Source of the DNA: Acidobacteriota bacterium
GTDB taxonomy: Bacteria; Acidobacteriota; UBA4820; DSQY01
Assembly (NCBI GenBank): GCA_049967655.1
Contig: JBMFSH010000001.1
Coordinates: forward strand, 64,001 to 128,000
Reading direction: 5' to 3'
Length of the DNA: 64,000 nt
Every line of letters starts with the position of its first letter. The stretch's first letter is position 1. Below are positions 1-10,488 of this stretch, in pieces. The position numbers and the translations under genes are program-made. Below the pieces are notes generated by a model, which was not told where the DNA came from, searched no databases, and worked only from the letters and a program-made list of their open reading frames with translations.

Positions 1-1
1 G

Positions 2-259
2 CTCTTCGCCTCGAAGATCGCCGAGGCGGTGGAGGAGGGGAAGGGCATCTACCAGGCCCAGCAGGAGGCCAAGGCCGAGTCCCAGGCTATGGCCGACAAG
101 ATCGGCCGCGACACGGGCGAGATCGTGGACGAGGAGGCCGTCCCCGATGCCAAGCGCGGCAAGGCCCACGACAAGAAGGAAACCCCCGATAGGAAGATCC
201 GCCGCGCCCCGTCCCGCAAGGCGGCTCTGTCCCGCCCCGCGGGCGAAGCGAAGGAGTGA
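2..259 (+). CDS. rpsB: 30S ribosomal protein S2, C-terminal part (5' truncated by window edge)
   Basis: Frame 2 reads LFASKIAEAVEEG, typical of the S2 C-terminal helix, then a charged tail; lies directly upstream of tsf. Confidence 0.85.
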   Translation, partial: LFASKIAEAVEEGKGIYQAQQEAKAESQAMADKIGRDTGEIVDEEAVPDAKRGKAHDKKETPDRKIRRAPSRKAALSRPAGEAKE

Positions 260-264
260 TCCCC

Positions 265-1161
265 ATGGCTATTTCCCCCAAGCTCGTTCAGGAATTGAGA
301 GAGAAGACGGGCGTCGGTATGATGGACTGCAAGCGCGCCCTGGAGGAGTCGGGGGGTAACCTCGACGAGGCCGTCAAGGTCCTTCGCAAGAAGGGTGTCG
401 CGACGGCCGAAAAGAAGGCCATGCGGGCCGCCTCGGAGGGCTTGGTGTTCGCCCATGTGGCCGGGAACGCCAAGGTGGGCGTGCTCATCGAGGTGAACTG
501 CGAGACGGACTTCGTCGCCAAGACCGACGACTTCCAATCCCTGGTGGCCAGCCTGGCCCGCCAGGTGGTGGAGGGCGCCCCCTCTTCGCCCGAGGCCTTG
601 CTGGAGCAGCCGTTCCACGCGGACACGGCGCAGAAGGTGAAGGACGCCATCGTGGCCAAGGTGGCCAAGCTCGGCGAGAACATCCAGGTGCGCCGTTTCG
701 ACCGCTACCAGACCGCGGAAGGGACCGTGGCCGCCTACATCCACCCCGGCAGCAAGATCGGCGTGCTCATGGAGGCCTCGTGCTCGGACGCCGGCATGAC
801 GAATGGCGAGGAGTACTCCCAGATCGTCAAGGATCTCTGCATGCAGGTGGCCGCGTCGGTGCCGAAGTTCGTGGGGCGCGACCAGGTCACCCCGGAGGTG
901 CTCGCGGGCGAACGCGAGATCTACCGGGCCCAGGTACTGGCCCAGGGCAAGCCCGCCAACATCGTGGATAAGATCGTTGAGGGCAAGATGAACAAGTTCT
1001 ACGAGGAGAGCTGCCTCCTGGAGCAGCCCTTCATCAAGGACCCCTCGATCAGCGTCCAGAAGCATCTTGCCTCCGTGGCCGGCGACAAGATTCGGGTGAG
1101 GCGCTTCACGCGCTACGTGCTCGGGGAGGGGCTCAAGCCCTCCGGGTGCGACGCCCCCTAA
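265..1161 (+). CDS. tsf: Translation elongation factor Ts
   Basis: VQELREKTGVGMMDCKRAL, EVNCETDFVAK, GENIQVRRF, KIVEGK motifs; rpsB-tsf-pyrH-frr synteny. Confidence 0.98.
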   Translation: MAISPKLVQELREKTGVGMMDCKRALEESGGNLDEAVKVLRKKGVATAEKKAMRAASEGLVFAHVAGNAKVGVLIEVNCETDFVAKTDDFQSLVASLARQVVEGAPSSPEALLEQPFHADTAQKVKDAIVAKVAKLGENIQVRRFDRYQTAEGTVAAYIHPGSKIGVLMEASCSDAGMTNGEEYSQIVKDLCMQVAASVPKFVGRDQVTPEVLAGEREIYRAQVLAQGKPANIVDKIVEGKMNKFYEESCLLEQPFIKDPSISVQKHLASVAGDKIRVRRFTRYVLGEGLKPSGCDAP

Positions 1162-1173
1162 CCGGGACAGTCG

Positions 1174-1204
1174 AAGGGCGGCCGCGGGCCGCCCTTTAGT
1201 TTTA
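1174..1204 (+). terminator. Intrinsic terminator-like hairpin after tsf
   Basis: AAGGGCGGCC-GCG-GGCCGCCCTT stem followed by TAGTTTTA. Confidence 0.7.
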
Positions 1205-1242
1205 TCCGGCGTCCTTGTAAGATGGCGAGGAGGTCGACGACC

Positions 1243-1956
1243 ATGGCGGGAGCCGTCTACAAGCGCATACTCCTGAAAATCTCCGGCGAGGCCCTGATGG
1301 GCTCGGTGCCATACGGCATCAACCCCGATGCCGTCTCCACCGTGGCCTCCGAGATCCAGGAGATCCACGGCATGGGAGTCAGCATAGCCCTCGTGGTGGG
1401 AGGCGGAAACATCTTTCGCGGAATCCAGGCGCAGGAGCAGGGGCTGGATCGCGTGACAGCCGACTCCATGGGGATGCTCGCCACGGTCATCAACGGACTG
1501 GCCCTCCAGGATGCCTTGGAGCAGAGGGGCGTGAGCACACGCCTCATGACGGCCATCGCCATGCACGCGCTGGCCGAGCCCTACATCAGGCGCCGCGCGA
1601 TTCGCCACCTCGAAAAGGGCAGGGTCGTGATCTTCGCCGCCGGCACGGGAAGCCCCTACTTCACCACCGACTCCGCCGCCGCGCTGCGGGCCACCGAGAT
1701 CAAGGCGGAGCTCCTCCTCAAGGCCACCAAGGTGGATGGAGTGTACTCGGCCGATCCCAAGAAGGATCCTTCGGCCCAGCGCTATGAGAGCCTGACCTAC
1801 CTGAAGGCGCTGGAGATGGGGTTGAAGGTGATGGATGCCACGGCCATCAGCCTCTGCATGGAGAACCGGATCCCGATCAGGGTCTTCGACCTCTTCGAGG
1901 AGGGCAACATCCGAAGGATCGTAGAAGGCGCCCCCATCGGCTCCATCGTGCAGTGA
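1243..1956 (+). CDS. pyrH: UMP kinase
   Basis: [54 protein letters not shown]. Confidence 0.98.
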   Translation: MAGAVYKRILLKISGEALMGSVPYGINPDAVSTVASEIQEIHGMGVSIALVVGGGNIFRGIQAQEQGLDRVTADSMGMLATVINGLALQDALEQRGVSTRLMTAIAMHALAEPYIRRRAIRHLEKGRVVIFAAGTGSPYFTTDSAAALRATEIKAELLLKATKVDGVYSADPKKDPSAQRYESLTYLKALEMGLKVMDATAISLCMENRIPIRVFDLFEEGNIRRIVEGAPIGSIVQ

Positions 1957-2011
1957 GGGAGGGGAGGAAGGGCCGCCGAGCGGCCCGTGGACAGACCAGC
2001 GGAGGTGACGC

Positions 2012-2569
2012 ATGCTCAAGGACATCCTCAGGGAAGTGGAAGAGAAGATGAAAGCTTCCGTCGAGGCGACCCAGCACGAGCTGTCGCTGCTTCGGACCGG
2101 AAAGGCCAATCTGAGCATTCTGGAGCCCGTGAAGGTGGACTACTACGGGTCCAAAGCGCCGCTCAACCAGGTGGCCACCCTCTCCGTGCCGGAACCCCGC
2201 ATGATCATGGTTCAGCCTTGGGAGCCGAAACAGATCCCGGCCATCGAGCGCGCGATTTTGGAGGCCAACATCGGTCTCAACCCATCCAGCGACGGCCGCG
2301 TGATCCGCATTCCCATCCCGGCCCTCACCGAAGAACGCAGGAAGGACCTCTGTAAGAGGGCCCGCGAGGTGGGGGAGAAAGGGAAGGTGGCCATCCGCCA
2401 CATCCGCCACGAGGGGAGGGGGCAGGTGGAAAAGGAGGAGAAGGCCAAGGCCATCTCCGAGGACGACCGCGACCAGTCGTTTGAAAAGATCCAGCACCTG
2501 CACGATATGCACATCGAGGAGATCAGCCGGTCCGTCACCCGCAAGGAGGCGGACATCATGGAGGTGTGA
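2012..2569 (+). CDS. frr: Ribosome recycling factor
   Basis: LRTGKAN, VDYYG, PLNQVA, IPALTEERRK; GGAGG RBS upstream. Confidence 0.98.
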   Translation: MLKDILREVEEKMKASVEATQHELSLLRTGKANLSILEPVKVDYYGSKAPLNQVATLSVPEPRMIMVQPWEPKQIPAIERAILEANIGLNPSSDGRVIRIPIPALTEERRKDLCKRAREVGEKGKVAIRHIRHEGRGQVEKEEKAKAISEDDRDQSFEKIQHLHDMHIEEISRSVTRKEADIMEV

Positions 2570-2570
2570 G

Positions 2571-3275
2571 GTGCATCCTCCCAGGCGGCTCGGTGTCGCG
2601 GTCCTGGCGGGAGGAATGGGAACCCGCCTGGGAGGCGCGGCGCCCAAGCCGCTGACTCCGATCCTCGGACACCCCATGATCCACTACAGCCTCCGCGTGT
2701 TCGAGGCGATCCCCGAGGTCTCCTCCGTCGTCGTGGCCATCGCCGACACCGTGGGCCCGCTCCTGGACCGGGCCCTCCTGCCTTACCCGCGACGCTGCTA
2801 CAAGGGGTGGGTGCCGGGGGGGCCGACCCGGCCCGAATCAGCCCTGGCGGCCCTCCGGGTCCTGGAGGAGGACGCGCCCGAGGTGGTATTGATCCACGAC
2901 GCGGCCCGCCCCCTGGTGGCGGAGGAGGACGTGCAGGCCCTACTGGCGGCGCTCCCGGGTCACGACGGAGCCTTTCTGGGCGCGCCCGCCGTGGACACGC
3001 TGTGGCAGGTGGACGGGCAGATGGCGCAGGAGGCCGTGGATCGCAGCAGGCTCGTTCGCGCGTACACGCCCCAGGCCTTCCCCTTCGCCACGGTCCTGGA
3101 GGCCTACGCCCGTGGGCTCGCGGAGGGGTTCCACGGCACCGACGACGCCTCCTTCGTGCGTCACTTCGGCGGGGATGTGGTTTGGGTGCGGGGCTACTCC
3201 TGGAACATCAAGGTGACCTACCCCGAGGACGTGGCTCTGGCGGAATCCATTCTGGAGGGCAAGGGATGCGCGTAG
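2571..3275 (+). CDS. ispD: 2-C-methyl-D-erythritol 4-phosphate cytidylyltransferase
   Basis: LAGGMGTRLG..PK, VLIHDAARP, TPQAF, TDDAS, NIKVTYPED; GTG start inferred. Confidence 0.9.
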   Translation: MHPPRRLGVAVLAGGMGTRLGGAAPKPLTPILGHPMIHYSLRVFEAIPEVSSVVVAIADTVGPLLDRALLPYPRRCYKGWVPGGPTRPESALAALRVLEEDAPEVVLIHDAARPLVAEEDVQALLAALPGHDGAFLGAPAVDTLWQVDGQMAQEAVDRSRLVRAYTPQAFPFATVLEAYARGLAEGFHGTDDASFVRHFGGDVVWVRGYSWNIKVTYPEDVALAESILEGKGCA

Positions 3276-3766
3276 GGCACGGATGGGACCTGCATCGTTT
3301 GGTGGCCGGACGGCCCTTCAGGCTCGGGGGGCTCACCATTCCCCACAGCCGGGGCTCGCTCGGCCATTCGGATGGGGACGTGCTTCTGCACGCCCTCATG
3401 GACGCCCTGCTGGGTGCGGCGGGGTTCGGCGACATAGGGCTCCACTTCCCGGATACGGACGCCCGGTGGAAGGACGCCGACAGCAGCGTCCTGTGCGACC
3501 AGGTGCTGGAGAAGGTGAACCGGGCGGGCTTCACCCCGGTGAACGCCGACGTGACGGTGATCGCGCAGGAGCCCAAGCTCTCCCCCTACCGTGACGCCCT
3601 CCGGGACAGCGTGGCGCGCCACCTCAACCTCCATCCCAAATGCGTGAACATCAAGGCCAAGACGACGGAGGGACTGGGGGACATCGGTGCCGGCCTGGCG
3701 GTGGCCTGCCACGCCGTGGTTCTCCTGGAGGAGATCCCCAAGGAGGGGCCTGGGTTCGGGCCCTGA
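3266..3766 (+). CDS. ispF: 2-C-methyl-D-erythritol 2,4-cyclodiphosphate synthase
   Basis: MRVGHGWDLHRL, GHSDGDVLLHALMDALLGA, DIGLHFPD, NIKAKTTEGLG. Confidence 0.96.
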   Translation: MRVGHGWDLHRLVAGRPFRLGGLTIPHSRGSLGHSDGDVLLHALMDALLGAAGFGDIGLHFPDTDARWKDADSSVLCDQVLEKVNRAGFTPVNADVTVIAQEPKLSPYRDALRDSVARHLNLHPKCVNIKAKTTEGLGDIGAGLAVACHAVVLLEEIPKEGPGFGP

Positions 3767-3916
3767 CCTCCCTGCCGCCCTTAACGGGGTGCGGATCCCG
3801 AGCTTCCCACCGCTTCCTGGCACCTCCGCGCGCATCATCCGCCGGATCGGTCGGGGTGTCGGCCTTGTGCATCGGCGCTCCCTCGGTCTAGAATGACCCT
3901 GCGCATAGGGGAGACC

Positions 3917-5292
<1,376 letters not shown>

Positions 5293-5296
<4 letters not shown>

Positions 5297-5946
5297 GACC
5301 AGAGGACGAACGGCTCTTCTTCGAGCACGACCTGGCCACGCCCCTGACCAACCTTCAGGGGGCCCACTACCTTCTCAAGATGGTGGTCGGCAGCGATCCC
5401 CGGTCGGCCGACGCCATGGAGGTTCTCTCCCACAGCATCCGGACCCTTGAGCGCATGCTCGGCTGGTACTGGCGCACGCGGGAGCTCCTCGACGGACGGG
5501 AGGCCGGCCCCGTGGAGCCCTGGCCGGCCAGCACGCTGGGAAAGGGGATTCGGGAGCGGATCGAGGAAGAGAGGCTTCCCGTGGATCCTCCCGACGAGCA
5601 CCTGGGGAAGGCCCTCCTGAGTGTGTCCCAGGAATCCCTTACCGCGGGGCTCATCGGTGCGGCGATCACGCTGCTCGCAGCCTCCAAGGCGGTTCCGAGG
5701 TGGGAGCTGGAGGAGGCGCCGGGGCTCATCCTAAGCCGCTACAGCCTGGAGGGCGACGCGGACCTTCTGGACGAGGAGCGGCTTTTCCACAAGGTGTACT
5801 GGCCCTCCGCGAGACCCATGGAGGCTTGGCTGGATCCGGGCCTTCCTTACCTGGAGGCGCTGCTCAAGCCCTTCGGAGGGAGCCTGGAGCTCTGCTGGCG
5901 AAGCGGCCTCTGGAGGCTGGAGTGCTTTGTGCCGGTGAGGCCGTGA
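5293..5946 (+). CDS. Sensorless histidine-kinase-like protein with H-box but degenerate ATPase domain (putative phosphotransferase)
   Basis: GTGA overlap with upstream stop; EHDLATPLTNL H-box at the N-terminus; N and G1 boxes absent; remnants ERLF and PGLPYLEALLKPFGGSLEL. Confidence 0.7.
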
Positions 5947-6305
5947 AGCGGGTCCTGATCGTAGAGGATGACGCCCACCTCCGGAGGATGTTCCGCGCTC
6001 TCCTGGAAAACGAGGGCTTCGAGGTGCGCGAGGCAGAGGACGGAAGCCAAGGGCTCGCCTCGGTCCTGAGCGAAGCTCCCGACTGCATCATCACGGACAC
6101 CATGATGCCCCGCATGGACGGATTGGCCATGCTTCGCCACCTCGCCGCCGGGGGCCCGCCCGTTCCGGCGATCCTGATCTCCGCCGCCTTCAACCTGCCG
6201 GATAACCGGCAGTTGAAGGAGCTGGGAGTGGTGAAGGTGTTCGGGAAGCCCTTCGCCTTCGACCGGCTCGTGGAGGCCGTGCGCCTGGCGGTTCGAGGGT
6301 CGTGA
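5943..6305 (+). CDS. Single-domain response regulator (CheY-like receiver)
   Basis: RVLIVEDD, CIITDTMMPRMDG, ILISA, GKPF; GTGA overlap with the preceding gene. Confidence 0.92.
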   Translation: MKRVLIVEDDAHLRRMFRALLENEGFEVREAEDGSQGLASVLSEAPDCIITDTMMPRMDGLAMLRHLAAGGPPVPAILISAAFNLPDNRQLKELGVVKVFGKPFAFDRLVEAVRLAVRGS

Positions 6306-6316
6306 GGCGGGGCTCC

Positions 6317-6901
6317 TCAGAGAAGGTCCCTAAGACTCATCCGCATCTGGGGCAACAGCCGGTAGAACAGATCGAGAGGCAAGCCCACGACGTTGTGGAA
6401 GGAGCCCTCGATCCGCCGGAGGAAGACCGCGCCGATCCCTTGCGCCGCGTAGGCCCCCGCCTTGTCCATGGGCTCCCCGGTCCCCACGTACCAGGCGATC
6501 TCCGCCTCCGACAACGGATGAAAGGTCACCCCGGTGCTGCTGACCCCCTCGGCCCGCTCGCCGGCACGCAGCAGACACATACCCGTGAGGACCGTGTGGG
6601 TCCGGCCGGAGAGCCTCCGCAGCATTCCGGCCGCCTCACCCTCGTCGCAGGGCTGTCCCATGGCGCTCCCGTCCAGGACGACGAGCGTGTCGGCGCCGAT
6701 GACCAAGTCCGCCCCAGGTTCCAGGGAGGCCACGTGCTCCGCCTTGCGGCGTGCGAGGCGGACCACCTGCGCCTCGGCACCTTCTCCCGGCATGGGCTCC
6801 TCGGAAATGCCGGAGGGCACGGCCCGGTGGGGCACGCCTAAGAGGTCGAGAAGGTCCGTCCGGCGCGGGCTTCGGGAGGCGAGAACCACGTCCATCACCA
6901 T
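6317..6901 (-). CDS. maf: Maf/YhdE-family nucleoside triphosphate pyrophosphatase
   Basis: VLASRSPRR, IGADTLV, LSGRTHTVLTG, EPMDKAGAY, NVVGLPL. Confidence 0.93.
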   Translation of the reverse strand: MVMDVVLASRSPRRTDLLDLLGVPHRAVPSGISEEPMPGEGAEAQVVRLARRKAEHVASLEPGADLVIGADTLVVLDGSAMGQPCDEGEAAGMLRRLSGRTHTVLTGMCLLRAGERAEGVSSTGVTFHPLSEAEIAWYVGTGEPMDKAGAYAAQGIGAVFLRRIEGSFHNVVGLPLDLFYRLLPQMRMSLRDLL

Positions 6902-7010
6902 GCCGGCGCTCCTGGCGGCCCGTCGGCTCCAGGCCCCCGCTCGAAAGTCCGTGGGTGTCCGCCTGGGAGGGCCGTGGGGGATGCGCTTGAGGGTTCGAAC
7001 ACGAAGAGGC

Positions 7011-7277
7011 TCACTTCCAGAATTTCACGACGAGGTAGATGGCCAGCAGCAGCCCCACCAGCGTCAGGGGATTCACCGAGAGGGTGATGCCGAAGATGAC
7101 CTGCAACACCGAGAGATCCAGGTGCAGCGGCTCCTTCAGGCCGATGGAGACGCCCTTGAAGAAGAGGTTGTGCGCCGCTCCCCCTGGAAGAAGCATGCCC
7201 ACGACCTGGCCCAGCAGGGTGCCGATGACCGCGCCCACGAGCAGGATCATCAGGGCGCCGAACCAGCCCAGCTTCAC
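7011..7277 (-). CDS. Small membrane protein (DUF4321-like)
   Basis: Two hydrophobic segments, LLVGAVIGTLLG and LDLSVLQVIFGITLSVN; upstream of maf. Confidence 0.7.
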   Translation of the reverse strand: MKLGWFGALMILLVGAVIGTLLGQVVGMLLPGGAAHNLFFKGVSIGLKEPLHLDLSVLQVIFGITLSVNPLTLVGLLLAIYLVVKFWK

Positions 7278-7582
7278 TGAATGAGCCCCTTGGGAACGGG
7301 CATGGGAGGTTCCACCGGGATGGGACCGAAGGCCTTCTCGTACCGCTCCAGATTCTCCGCCAGCGTCCTGACGATCTGCTTGAGGGCGATGGGGTTGGTC
7401 ATGAGCCGGGAGAGAACTTTCACCTCGGGCTTGCCCGGGATCATGCGGCCGAAGTCCATGACGAACTCCGCCTGGTTGTGAAAGACCGAGAGAAAGTTCA
7501 CGTAGGTGCCCTCGGCGACCTTCTCGTCCACCTGGATTTTGAGCTCAAAGCCCTGGGGTTTGTCCGCCTTCTTGTCGCTCAT
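7274..7582 (-). CDS. DUF3467-like protein
   Basis: VAEGTYVNF..HNQAEFVMDF..SRLMTNP..YEKAFGPI pattern; GAGGAG RBS. Confidence 0.8.
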   Translation of the reverse strand: MSDKKADKPQGFELKIQVDEKVAEGTYVNFLSVFHNQAEFVMDFGRMIPGKPEVKVLSRLMTNPIALKQIVRTLAENLERYEKAFGPIPVEPPMPVPKGLIQ

Positions 7583-9020
7583 CGGGTTTCTCCTCAAAGC
7601 CCGATGTTACGGCCGTTCCTGCCGAGGAGTCAACGGCCGGGACCGGTCGCGTCCTCAGGACTTCGGGCAGGGCCGATGCCCGGTGGGAGAGTACGGCGCA
7701 GTCCAATCCGCCGTCGCGGAGCGCCAGGGATACTCGGGTGCCCGGGGGAGCCTGCGCGCTGCTCGTGAGGGACCGCCCCCCTTGCAGAAAGGCGGCGGCG
7801 TAGCCGCGGCCGAGCGTGTTGAGGGGGCTCAGCGAATTGAGCGTGCGCGTCAGACCGCCGAACCGCTCCCTCCGCCGTTCCAGCCCCCCCGCCACGGCGG
7901 TCCGCATCCTTCGCCGCGCCTCCTCGTGCCCGGTGGCGAAGGCCGCCAGCGTGCGCCGGATGGTCTCGGGGGAGAGCGTCCGCCGGCAGAGTTCCAGCCT
8001 GTGGGCACCCTGGGCCAGCTTGGCCGAGACCGCCCGCGCCGCCGCGTCCACCGCCCTGTCGCTGCGCTCCTGGGCGCGCTCCAGGGCCTTCACGAGGGAC
8101 CCCTGGAGACGATCGGGCCGACTGGCGGCCAGCCTCTGCCTGCAAGAGGCCAAGCGGGCGAGGGTGAGATCGAAAAGCCTCCGCTCGGCCCCCCCCGCGC
8201 GCTGGAGCGCCGACTCCCCCATCGAGGTCAGCAGCTCAGCCGCCACGGACGGCGTCGGCGCTCGGAGGTCCGCGGTGAGGTCGGTGAGCACCGTATCCAC
8301 CTCGTGCCCGACGGCTGAGATCACCGGGACTGGGCAGCCCGCCACTTCCCTGGCTAGCGCCTCGTCGTTAAACGCCCAGAGGTCCTCCATGGAGCCGCCT
8401 CCCCTGGTGAGGACCACGACCTCCATGCCGGGCCGGCGAGCGACTCTGGCGAGGGCCCTCCTCAGGCTCTCGGGCGCCCCCGCGCCCTGCACCAGGGCCG
8501 GGGCAACCACCACCTCGAAGGCCGCTCTTCTCCTGCGGAGCACCGAGAGGAAATCCCGGAGGGCGGCCCCCTCCAGCGATGTGACCACGCCCACGCGGGC
8601 GGGAAAGGGAGGCAGAGGCCGCTTGCGCGCGGGATCCGTAACGCCGTCCGCCATCAGCCTCCGCTTGGCTTGTTCGAAGGCCATCTGGAGCGCACCTAGC
8701 CCCGAGGGCTCGACGGCCGTCACGTAGAGCTGGAGATCCCCCGAGCCTTCGTAGAGGGAGAGCCGTCCCCGCGCCAAGATCTTCAGACCGTTCTCCATCG
8801 AGAAGGGCACGCGGAGGGCGTGGGCGCGGAAGAGGACGGCCTTGAGGGAGGCCGACTCGTCCTTCAGCGTGAAGTAGCAGTGGCCCGAGGCGGCCCTCTT
8901 GAAGCTCGTGACCTCGCCCTCCACCCACAGGTCGGGAAAGGCCTGCTCCAGCTCGGAGGCCAGCAGCCTGACGATTTCCGAGACCGCGTAGACGGGCCGT
9001 CCGGCCCACTCCTTCGGCAT
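7545..9020 (-). CDS. xseA: Exodeoxyribonuclease VII large subunit
   Basis: LWVEGEV, SGHCYFTLKD, VGVVTS..GAALRD, RGGGSMEDLWAFNDE, SAVGHEVD, APTPSVAAE, LSPLNTLGRGY. Confidence 0.95.
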   Translation of the reverse strand: MPKEWAGRPVYAVSEIVRLLASELEQAFPDLWVEGEVTSFKRAASGHCYFTLKDESASLKAVLFRAHALRVPFSMENGLKILARGRLSLYEGSGDLQLYVTAVEPSGLGALQMAFEQAKRRLMADGVTDPARKRPLPPFPARVGVVTSLEGAALRDFLSVLRRRRAAFEVVVAPALVQGAGAPESLRRALARVARRPGMEVVVLTRGGGSMEDLWAFNDEALAREVAGCPVPVISAVGHEVDTVLTDLTADLRAPTPSVAAELLTSMGESALQRAGGAERRLFDLTLARLASCRQRLAASRPDRLQGSLVKALERAQERSDRAVDAAARAVSAKLAQGAHRLELCRRTLSPETIRRTLAAFATGHEEARRRMRTAVAGGLERRRERFGGLTRTLNSLSPLNTLGRGYAAAFLQGGRSLTSSAQAPPGTRVSLALRDGGLDCAVLSHRASALPEVLRTRPVPAVDSSAGTAVTSGFEEKPDERQEGGQTPGL

Positions 9021-9037
9021 GTAAGGTAGGATAAGTC

Positions 9038-9216
9038 GGAATGGGGAATTCGGAAAGCGCAATTCGAAAAGAGAATCGCACCACCAAGGCACCAAGACAC
9101 CAAGAAAGGCGGAAGTGGAAAGGCGTAAGGCGGAAGATGGTTGAAGGTCCACGGCCGGTGGACGATGGTCGGTGGCAGGATGAGCAGCGAGCAGCGAGTG
9201 CCGAGTAACGAGTGGC
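9038..9216. repeat. Intergenic mosaic of five different 7/8-bp short tandem repeat blocks
   Basis: GGAATNN x4; CACCAAGR x3 (9082-9105); AAGGCGNA-like; GATGGTY-like 7-mer x6 (9136-9177); GAGYNNC x5 (9182-9216). Confidence 0.75.
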
Positions 9217-9321
9217 CTCCCGCGGGCTGGCGCTCTTTCATCCCCGCTCCCTCACGGAGAGTCGGCACATTCGGCTTTCGCGGCGGCCCCTCTCCGGCTA
9301 TGCTGTCGGCTGGAGTCCCCC

Positions 9322-10056
9322 ATGGTCGTGACGGAACCCCTGGTCGAGGCCGCCTTCGTCAGGCGCTACAAGCGTTTCCTGATGGACGTACGCCTGGCGG
9401 ACGGCTCGCTCCTCACGGTGCACTGTCCCAACTCGGGAAGCATGGAGGGGTGTCTGGCCGAGGGGGCTCCCGTCCTCCTGACCAGGGCCTCGAACCCCTC
9501 CAGGCGGCTCGCCTTCACCGCCGAGTGGATCCGCCTGCCGGGAGGTTGGGTGGGGATCAACACGCACCGCACCAACCACATCGTCCACGACGCCCTTCGC
9601 CGGAGCCTGGTCCCCGAACTGGAGGGCTACGAAACCGTCCGTCGCGAAGTCCCCTACGGCAAGCGCAGCCGGGTGGATTTCCTGCTGGAAGGCCCCGGCC
9701 TGCCGCCCTGCTACGTGGAGGTGAAGAACACCACGTGGCCCACGCCCGACGGAGGAATCGGCTTCCCCGACGCGGTCACGGAGCGAGGCCTCAAACACCT
9801 GCGCGAACTGCGCTGCGTCGTCCGGGAGGGAGGCCGCTCCGTCATGCTTTTCGTCGTGAACCGTGAGGGCGGCTCCTTTTTTAGGGCCGCCCACGAGAAG
9901 GACCCCGCCTACGCCCGGGCCCTGGCGGCAGCGGCGAAGGCGGGCGTGGAGGTGCTGGCCTACCGCGTGCGCTTCGACGTGCCCTCGGTGGTTCTGGCCG
10001 AGACCCTGCCCTGTCTGCGGAAGAAAAATGGAACCTTGGAGCCTCTGTTTGCGTAA
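9322..10056 (+). CDS. sfsA: DNA/RNA nuclease SfsA (sugar fermentation stimulation protein)
   Basis: RRYKRFLMDV, HCPNSGSM, YVEVKN, FPDAVTERGLKHLREL. Confidence 0.93.
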   Translation: MVVTEPLVEAAFVRRYKRFLMDVRLADGSLLTVHCPNSGSMEGCLAEGAPVLLTRASNPSRRLAFTAEWIRLPGGWVGINTHRTNHIVHDALRRSLVPELEGYETVRREVPYGKRSRVDFLLEGPGLPPCYVEVKNTTWPTPDGGIGFPDAVTERGLKHLRELRCVVREGGRSVMLFVVNREGGSFFRAAHEKDPAYARALAAAAKAGVEVLAYRVRFDVPSVVLAETLPCLRKKNGTLEPLFA

Positions 10057-10062
10057 AAGCCC

Positions 10063-10369
10063 AATCCCGCGATGGAGGAGGGGAATAGCCGTGGAAGGCG
10101 CGACAGATGACGCACGCTGGGAAAGGGGGTCACACCCACTGAGGGATTGGGGGCCATCGAGCCGAAGGCGAAGAGGGCGCCGAGGGAGAGGTGGGGCCCC
10201 ATCGGGCTTTGCCCGTGGGGCGGGGCCCCGTAGGGCAATCTCCCGAACCGTCGGGCTTAGCTCGCGGTTCGGGGGGGCAAGGCCATGGCCCTCCCCGTCC
10301 AGGAGATAACGCCTTTCTCCCGTGAACCCGAGCCGTAGCCGGAGGCACTCGCGTTTCCATCGCGGAATT
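10063..10369. other. Structured intergenic element (candidate ncRNA or MITE)
   Basis: Terminal inverted repeat AATCCCGCGATGGA/TCCATCGCGGAATT (13/14); internal hairpins; flanking TTTGCGTA direct repeat. Confidence 0.45.
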
Positions 10370-10488
10370 TGCGTAGAATGGGGACGAAGCCGGGCGGTCG
10401 TCGTCCGATGCCCCGCGTCGAGCCCGGGCCGAGGGGGGATTCCTGCCCGCCGTGCCTCCCATGCGCCCGAGAATGGGAGGTCCGCTCC

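Noticed and set aside
49..2118. 689-aa minus-strand ORF
   Set aside because: Antisense shadow of tsf/pyrH/frr caused by high-GC codon bias; no recognisable motifs
10190..10275. Resemblance to the c-di-AMP (ydaO) riboswitch (GTAGGGC..CCCGAACCGTC)
   Set aside because: The conserved GCTGAA 5' segment and CAGCTAAC 3' segment are missing; RNase P, SRP and tmRNA signatures are also absent
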